Below, one piece after another: positions 57,173 through 64,000 of a DNA stretch of 64,000 bases. Below the pieces are notes generated by a model. It did no database searches, was not told the origin of the DNA, and was given only the letters and a program-made list of their open reading frames with translations. Source of the DNA: Bugula neritina. Taxonomy: Eukaryota > Animalia > Bryozoa. The DNA is taken from contig OZ037769.1 of the NCBI GenBank assembly GCA_964035545.1, positions 13,360,633-13,424,632 of the forward strand. Direction: 5' to 3'. Within the stretch, counting starts at the first letter, position 1. Each line of letters begins with the position of its first letter. The position numbers and the translations under genes are program-made.

Positions 57173-60100
57173 CTAATTATTTTCATACACGGTTTCTGGT
57201 ACATCGTATATATCTTTGTCATCATCTGAAACAGGTTTGTTGCTGACTGAAATCTCATATATACCGGAAACGGGTCTATTGCTCTGTGGGAGGTCATAGA
57301 TGTTGGAACCATCTGCTGCTTCTCCCTCCTTCAAATCCCTGGAGCTGACCTCAGCATACATAGCCTGTGCACCTGATGGACCTGGATGTGGTACTCTGTC
57401 ATACCCAGGGTTCCATGCTCCAGTATCATAACGTATCTCACTGTCTGGTAAGAAAAATCATAAACTTTTAGCTATAGCCTGCAACTATTGGCTGTTTTAA
57501 TTCTTATTTATTATCTGATTGTCTATATAGTAATAATTTGTTTCATTACACATGAATAAAGGGGGGGGGGGGGAATCATTTATTATATCATAGTTGATGC
57601 TTTATTTATTCAACATTCAGCACATTAATTTATTTAGTTAATTATGCAAATGATTTGCTTTATTATGTTTTATTACAAGTATACCCAATACCTCTACAGC
57701 AGTCTTCCTCTTTAATAGTATAGTATTCATCATAAGTGGCGCCCTCTGTGCTCGCACGCTGGGAGTTGTCCTCAAAATGAAGACTGACTCCTGCTCCCAT
57801 TATGCAATACTCACTGCTTGTTCCTGGCGCTGTGTTTACATATAATACCTTATCATCTAGAAAAGAGTTAGCAGTGCTTTATTAATAAAGGTGATATAGT
57901 TTATTACAATGTTAAAAAGAAGCAAGAAGCTATCATTAATTCAAGCTCAATAGGAAGTTGGTAAACTAGGCTAGAGGCAATAAAATGAACCAACAGGAAT
58001 CTATCTATAGAACAAAATTAAGTTTCAAAATTGAAACCAGAGGTATAATTAAAATATTATTCCCAATATTAAAATAGTAAGTAAAATTGGAAGCTTATAC
58101 TAGATACAGAAAACAAGCATTATAATTGTGATCACAAAAAGTTGTAAAGCATTAAATTGAAGTCATGAAGTATATTTTGTGACAACAAAAATTGCACATA
58201 ATATAACACTTTTTGCTTTGCTTAAGCTTTTAAAATTTGATTTCATATTTAAGTTTGGAGCTACTGTGTATTATCTATAGGGCAGACAACTTCATTTATA
58301 ATAAACACAAAGTAGTTTAAACTATAGCTTATATTATATAGTCAGTTCTGTAAGAGGTACCTGTTTCAGCTGATCCATTTGTTTGAGTGTTCGTTACTGG
58401 CCTAACAAAATATATTAAAGATCTTCAAATGATTATACCGTTTGAATACGTAAATGAATAAAAGTAAGTTATAGTCACAGCAAATTCATTCATGTCAAGT
58501 CAATGGCTAACCAAGTCAATTCAAGTTACATGGTAAAAACAAACATTTTGAGTGAAGCACAACTCAAGCCGATATCATAAATTTGAGTCAAGTTAATTTA
58601 AGTTGACTGACAACTAATAATTAACTAAATCAATACACATTATTTATTTAAAAGGTTACATAACGCGTTGAATAGTAACACAGTTTTAGCAGCTTGAATA
58701 AAAAATGAGTTTTACTCTTCAAGTCTGCTCATTAAAATTTAGGGAGCAATTGAAAATAAACAATATATCTAATAATGGCTAAATGCTATCCAATTACAAT
58801 AACTGTTGAATTTTTTCAACAACATTGAATAATTTTGACTAGCCGTTATTAAAATGTTGTTGCATCAGTATAACAAAATACTTTTAAAATTTGAATTGAC
58901 TAAACTTTAAAACCTAGCAAAGTCAATAAAAATTTCAATAGTCATGCAAAATAAATTAATTGAGTAGCCTAATACTTAAGTCAAGAAATCTCAAGCACTC
59001 AAGTCTGCAAGTCATTGAATCATTAATATAACTTTGACCCAGATTTATATCTTTGTTATATTTCATTTGCTATTGTCTTGAGAAAACTGTTACCGCAAGA
59101 GAAAATCAACCATTCCTAAGCATGGCTTCTAGCATGACTAATGGATATTATACATTACATAGATAATACAGCACAATAAATATATATGTCACTGCATATA
59201 TTACATATATAATACTACTGCATATTACATACATTTTACTGCATACTACATATATGATAATATAATACTGCATATTATTAAATGTAGTGAAAATCATTCA
59301 TTTATATTACTACTTTGGAGTTATTTTCTCCCCATACTTATAAATTCCATATTACATCATTTTGCAACCTGCTTTTTTTACCCATAATCCCTCTCTTTTG
59401 TTCCTGTGTCTTCATTAAAATAAATTGTTGAACTATATTGCTAAACTGAATAATCTATTTACATCTAAGCAAATCAACACATATTACATAATATATATTT
59501 CTGCATATATTACATATTACATACATATTATTATTTCACTGTTTATTTAATTCACTCAACTCACTTTCTCTTCCTTCTCAGATAAAAGATAACGACAGCT
59601 ATGACCACCACTACCAGTAATGAAATACCAACTATAAGACCTGCTTCCAGGCTGTTCAGTCTTTCAGCAAGTGGATCTTCTGCTGAAAAAGAGATAAACA
59701 TGATATATTACAGTGGTGTACCATCATTTACATAATGTGTTAGCAACATACATTTATTATTATAATATCTTAGTGATATATTATCTTGATATATGACCAA
59801 TATATCAATAATATAATATCACGCAAGTTTCCTGTAAAAAACCCTGGTGGAAAGGTTTTTTTAACGGCTATATAAAGAACTTATTCATATGTTGCACACA
59901 GTAAAATAATATGTTAGTGATATATTATTGATAACGTGATATAGTCTATACTAATGGTATATCATTATCAGCGAGATATTTTCATGTGTTATACTCGTAG
60001 AACATGAAATAACATTGAGATAGTTCAGTGCATAACGTATTATATTATAACAGTGTACAGTTGCTATCTACAATATAACAATATTGATATCTACTTTATA

Positions 60101-63100
60101 TAGCAATATGCTGAAGCAAATTAGCAGTCAACCTCATTAGGTATAATTTACACCATTAAAAAGCAAATAAAAATAATAAAAAGCAAATTATTATTAGCTC
60201 AAATGTTAACAGGAAGTAGTAAAACACTCAGCATAAGCTGACCAACAGTAGCAGAGGCGACTATTAGGGGTCAGAGCCCTGGCTTAAGGGACACGAGGTT
60301 TGATCCCCAGTAAAGGTCATCGGTGATGTTAAGAAGAGCATTCAGTCATAATTGCTCGTTTGACACAACAGACAACAAATCTTTAACCTGCTTAAAAGCC
60401 CCTTCCATATATAGAGTTTTCACAGAGGTAGTCTCTATAGATCCAATTGAGATCTTATAAGGGTGTTCTTACAAAGATAGTGACTATAAACCCATGGAAG
60501 GTCTTTATAAGCTGACCAACTAAATAAAGCAGCTTGACTGGAAGTGGTAAAGATGAGTTACCTTCATTAGTTGTGATGGAAGTCAGCTTTGTTGTCTGAC
60601 TGTTATTTGATGAGTTAGTAGAAGGACTTGTAGGTGTAGTTGTGGATGTATTACACACTATAGTAGGAGATGTGATTGTAGTAGTGCTTGTAGTTGAAGT
60701 TGTTGTAGGGACCGTAGTACCAATAGTAGATGCTGTAATCATAGAAGTAGAAATAAATGTGGTGGTAGTAGATAAATCCCGCACCAAAATATATTTAAAA
60801 GCTTGAAATTTTTTTTACATTATTTGAAAGATCCATTTTATCAGGCTATTAGATTTTATTTTATTTATTTTACTTATTTAGATCTAATTTAAATTATGTA
60901 ATAAGATGCATATTTTGCTTAATTTTTGGCGAATAAATATATCAGTTGTGTGTAAATACTATAAATAGGCTGTAAGATTACATTTTAATATTATATTAAA
61001 AGCTAAATTTAACTGAAAAATATCAAATAAAAACATTTGACCGTATTTGTCTGACAATAAACCTTTAATGCTACTAACCTGCATACTTAAATAAAAACCC
61101 TCTACGTTGGCCAGTGTTATCAGAATAAAACTGTATAGATATACTAAAACTACTGGATGCCGTGAACGACCTCCATGTCTGTAGGTAACTGCTTGCATTC
61201 TGGTGTTGGCAGATTTTAGAAGAAGCAGCTCCTGTTATTATGACATAATCATAACATCGAGAATACTCTTCCAGATTCAAATCAACAAAGTAAATGTCTA
61301 CTGTCACAACATTGGTAAAGGTTAGGGTTGAGTTAGTTTTTGATCTGTAATCAAGTTGACCATAGCCTGCGTGACTAACCACATAGCCTGAGGGCTTACG
61401 TCTGGCATCCACCTCTATTGGTTGTGGTGAACTTTCTGCCTCTATTACACTGGCCACTAAAGAGATATATTTTTGCACATTAACAAGGTAAGAAAATTTC
61501 ATTGTGCCCATAAATATCAACTCCTATTCCAACCATTGAGAATAAAACTTTATGCAAGAAAATTTAATGCCAAACATATTGCAATTTAATTGAAATCAAA
61601 GCTCTTAGTTTATTGAGTTTACTCTTCAATAATTTTTTTTCTCAAAAGACCTTCCCTGCTTAAGCAATTGTGAGAGAAATATATTAAGTTTAGTAAATCA
61701 TATTTGTTCAAATTATTTCAGTTGCCAGAGAAAATATAATTAGGAAATATTGCGGCCACATATTTAATTAAAACCAAGCAAAGTAGAGAATTTATAAATT
61801 TTGCTTTAAAATATTTCATATTAGAACTATAACAAAATGCTTTAACTCTACATTTCTTCATCAAGGCAACCAACTAGATAGTTTATTTTTTATTTTAAAG
61901 ATAACCATATTATAGTGTTGACCAAACTATTGTAAGATTGAAAAATTCTATCAATTGTAATATAAAATAAAACATTCATTTTTGCATATGTTCCTCATTT
62001 AGACTAGCCTAGTATCTAGAATAGTGTTTTAAACCACTATAAGGCTATTTTCAGAAATATAGCCTAGCTGCATGCTCAGGTCTAACATGGATGCCTTACT
62101 TAAAATACTATTTTTTTCTACTCACCTCTATAGGTGATATTAAACCTATCAGCAATTCTCATGTAGTCCGAATAAAAGTGCACATCTAGCGACGTCTTTC
62201 CTCGAACATAAACGGATGTATTGTCCTGCGTGGCCGGGTCACAAATGCTGGTATCTGAACCATCTACTTTTATATAGGCATTCCCAGTTTTGCAGTTCGA
62301 AAATCCATTTACACAATCATACATGTATTGGCAAGACAGAGTAAATGTTTCCACTTTGAGTTCAAACCAGGAATATTCTGGAATACCAGTAAGTGTCAGC
62401 GTGCAGTTGACTTTACGTGCTGACTGAATTTGTGGACTGATTATGCTACCTTCAGTACCAGCTTCAACCCCCTGTGGTGATGTGTCACACATTGTATGCG
62501 AAGCACCTGAAATCAAACATCGCGTGGGAGTCTTAATAAGACAAAAAAAGATTAGAAATATCAAAGGCATCTATATGATACAACTGACAAATTATAAAAA
62601 GTATACATTATAAACTATGTTACTGGCCCCAAATCAATAAACCAGGATTCCCAAACGTAGAAGTTTATTGAAGGTTATACTTCGTGTTGAACTTGCTGCA
62701 TGGTAAACTTGCTGATAAACTTGTTGATAAACTTGCTGGTAAAAACTCTTGGGTCCTTCATACACAGTGCCAGTAAATAATATATTGTCAAACCAGTAGA
62801 TTAATAAAATAGTAAGTACAGTTTTGTTAAAGAGTACTGCCAACTGAATGTATTGAGTTTTTTGAGTGTTTATATGCTCTGATTGTTGTTACTGTACCAG
62901 GTAAAAACATATTGCATAAACAACTATTGTCCCTGAAAAATACCACAATGATTGTGTCCCAAAACATAGTAAACATTCACTGGGTAGCCTCAGGGTACCA
63001 ACCCAGCCCGGTAGAGGTAGGGCAAGAATGACAGCCACCCCAACTACAATGACCTAACCACAATTTTCTAATAGTCAGCACAAGGTAGATGAGTAATGCC

Positions 63101-63823
63101 TGCTGACGTATGTCACCTAAACATAGTTAGGTCATTGTGGGCAACACACAACCAGTTGCAAACTATGTGAGATGTTTTACTACATTTAGGTACAGCAGAG
63201 ATATAGAAAAGCTTCAATTGCCTGAGCCGTTTAATTAACTCTATGAATTTTGATTCTGAAGAGCAAATTGAAATTCTATGGAGAACATAACATCTTTTAG
63301 TTATTTCTATCATCCAAAACACAGGCTTTTACCTGTAACTTCTTAGACACGTTTAATACCAAGTATATGTACTTCAAGACCACAACTTGCACTATGCATC
63401 TAACTCAAAGTGTTACATATTTTCTCAGTATAAAAGTAACTTGTATAATAATCAATACATGTTTGTTGAAGCATATAAAATACACTCCAGTATGATCAAA
63501 AAGAAAAGAATTGCAAATCCTTTATAACTACTTTTCTTTAATGTATACATTTAAACTAGACGCAAGATAAATCAGAAGCTTGCAGACATTCTTGTAGCAA
63601 AAAAAGTTGCTCTCTTTCTACATGTTGCTTTAAAACTGAGTTATAAAATAACAAAAATACAAATAATATGTTTATGATTATGTAATACAACTAATATCAC
63701 TAGCTCAACAAAATCCAACTAGCATGTAAGGATATTTTACATACCATTAGCACCGCACTTCATTATATCCAGGAAGAAGGTAAAGAAGATGAAAATCCTG
63801 TATGTGTTTTTCTGTTTAGTCAT
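57173..63823 (-). CDS. Type-I membrane receptor B, paralogue of A: signal peptide, 2 CUB domains, Thr/Ser stalk, TM, multi-tyrosine tail (~534 aa)
   Basis: Exons 63823-63745 (MTKQKNTYRIFIFFTFFLDIMKCGANG), 62506-62126 (CUB1), 61456-61079 (CUB2 ..LEEYSRCYDYV..ICQ..FYSDNTGQRRGFLFKY), 60732-60562 (T-rich), 59682-59565 (TM LIVGISLLVVVVIAVVIFYL-RRKRK), 58401-58361, 57856-57692 and 57444-57173 give 1605 nt in frame, with the same exon phases as receptor A. Confidence 0.85.
60256..60490 (+). mobile_element. tRNA-derived SINE, family 1 (diverged)
   Basis: GGTTTGATCCCCAGTAAAGGTCATCGGTGATGTTAAGAAGAGCATTCAGTCATAATTGCTC and a tail ending GATAGTGACTATAAAC. Confidence 0.7.
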
Positions 63824-64000
63824 TGCGCTATTTTAAAAATACTCTAAAACACAAAATTATGCAAATGAACTATTTTTATACACAGAGTTCCATCAGATTA
63901 TCTACGGTATATGACCAACTACGGGCCTTAATTGTGATTTGGCAATCATTAAGAATAGTAGAAATCTTATTTCTCACAAAACTGAAAGTTCGGCTTTTTT

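Noticed and set aside
62634-62843. ORF with YQQV repeats resembling tyrosine motifs
   Set aside because: A short 12-bp intronic tandem repeat between the signal-peptide and CUB1 exons of receptor B; not splice-compatible.

Overview
AT-rich, intron-rich metazoan (invertebrate) genomic DNA, not prokaryotic; most ORFs in the supplied track are exon fragments or repeat artefacts. I rebuilt spliced gene models by hand from GT-AG sites and reading-frame phase. In order: (1) the last two exons of a MICAL-like (bMERB) gene on +, whose ~8.6 kb last intron contains (2) a complete antisense gene for a secreted single-vWA protein with a degenerate MIDAS; (3) a 10-exon AKR1B-type aldo-keto reductase (-); (4) COA1 (-), head-to-head with (5) a SWEET1/SLC50A1 sugar transporter (+); (6) an uncharacterised, largely low-complexity protein (+); (7,8) two tandem paralogous type-I receptors (signal peptide, 2 CUB domains, Ser/Thr stalk, TM, tyrosine-motif-rich tail without a catalytic domain) on -. 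The CUB receptor pair is the best candidate for an undescribed system: divergent ectodomain loops, different predicted SH2-docking motif sets, stalk growth by exon triplication, and an AP-1/ETS/FOX motif cluster in an intron. Non-coding DNA holds hAT, Tc1/mariner-like, Mutator-like, TTAA-flanked and 4-bp-TSD DNA elements, a tRNA-derived SINE family, mini/microsatellites and a perfect 48-bp palindrome. All family assignments are from recalled motifs; no database search was run.
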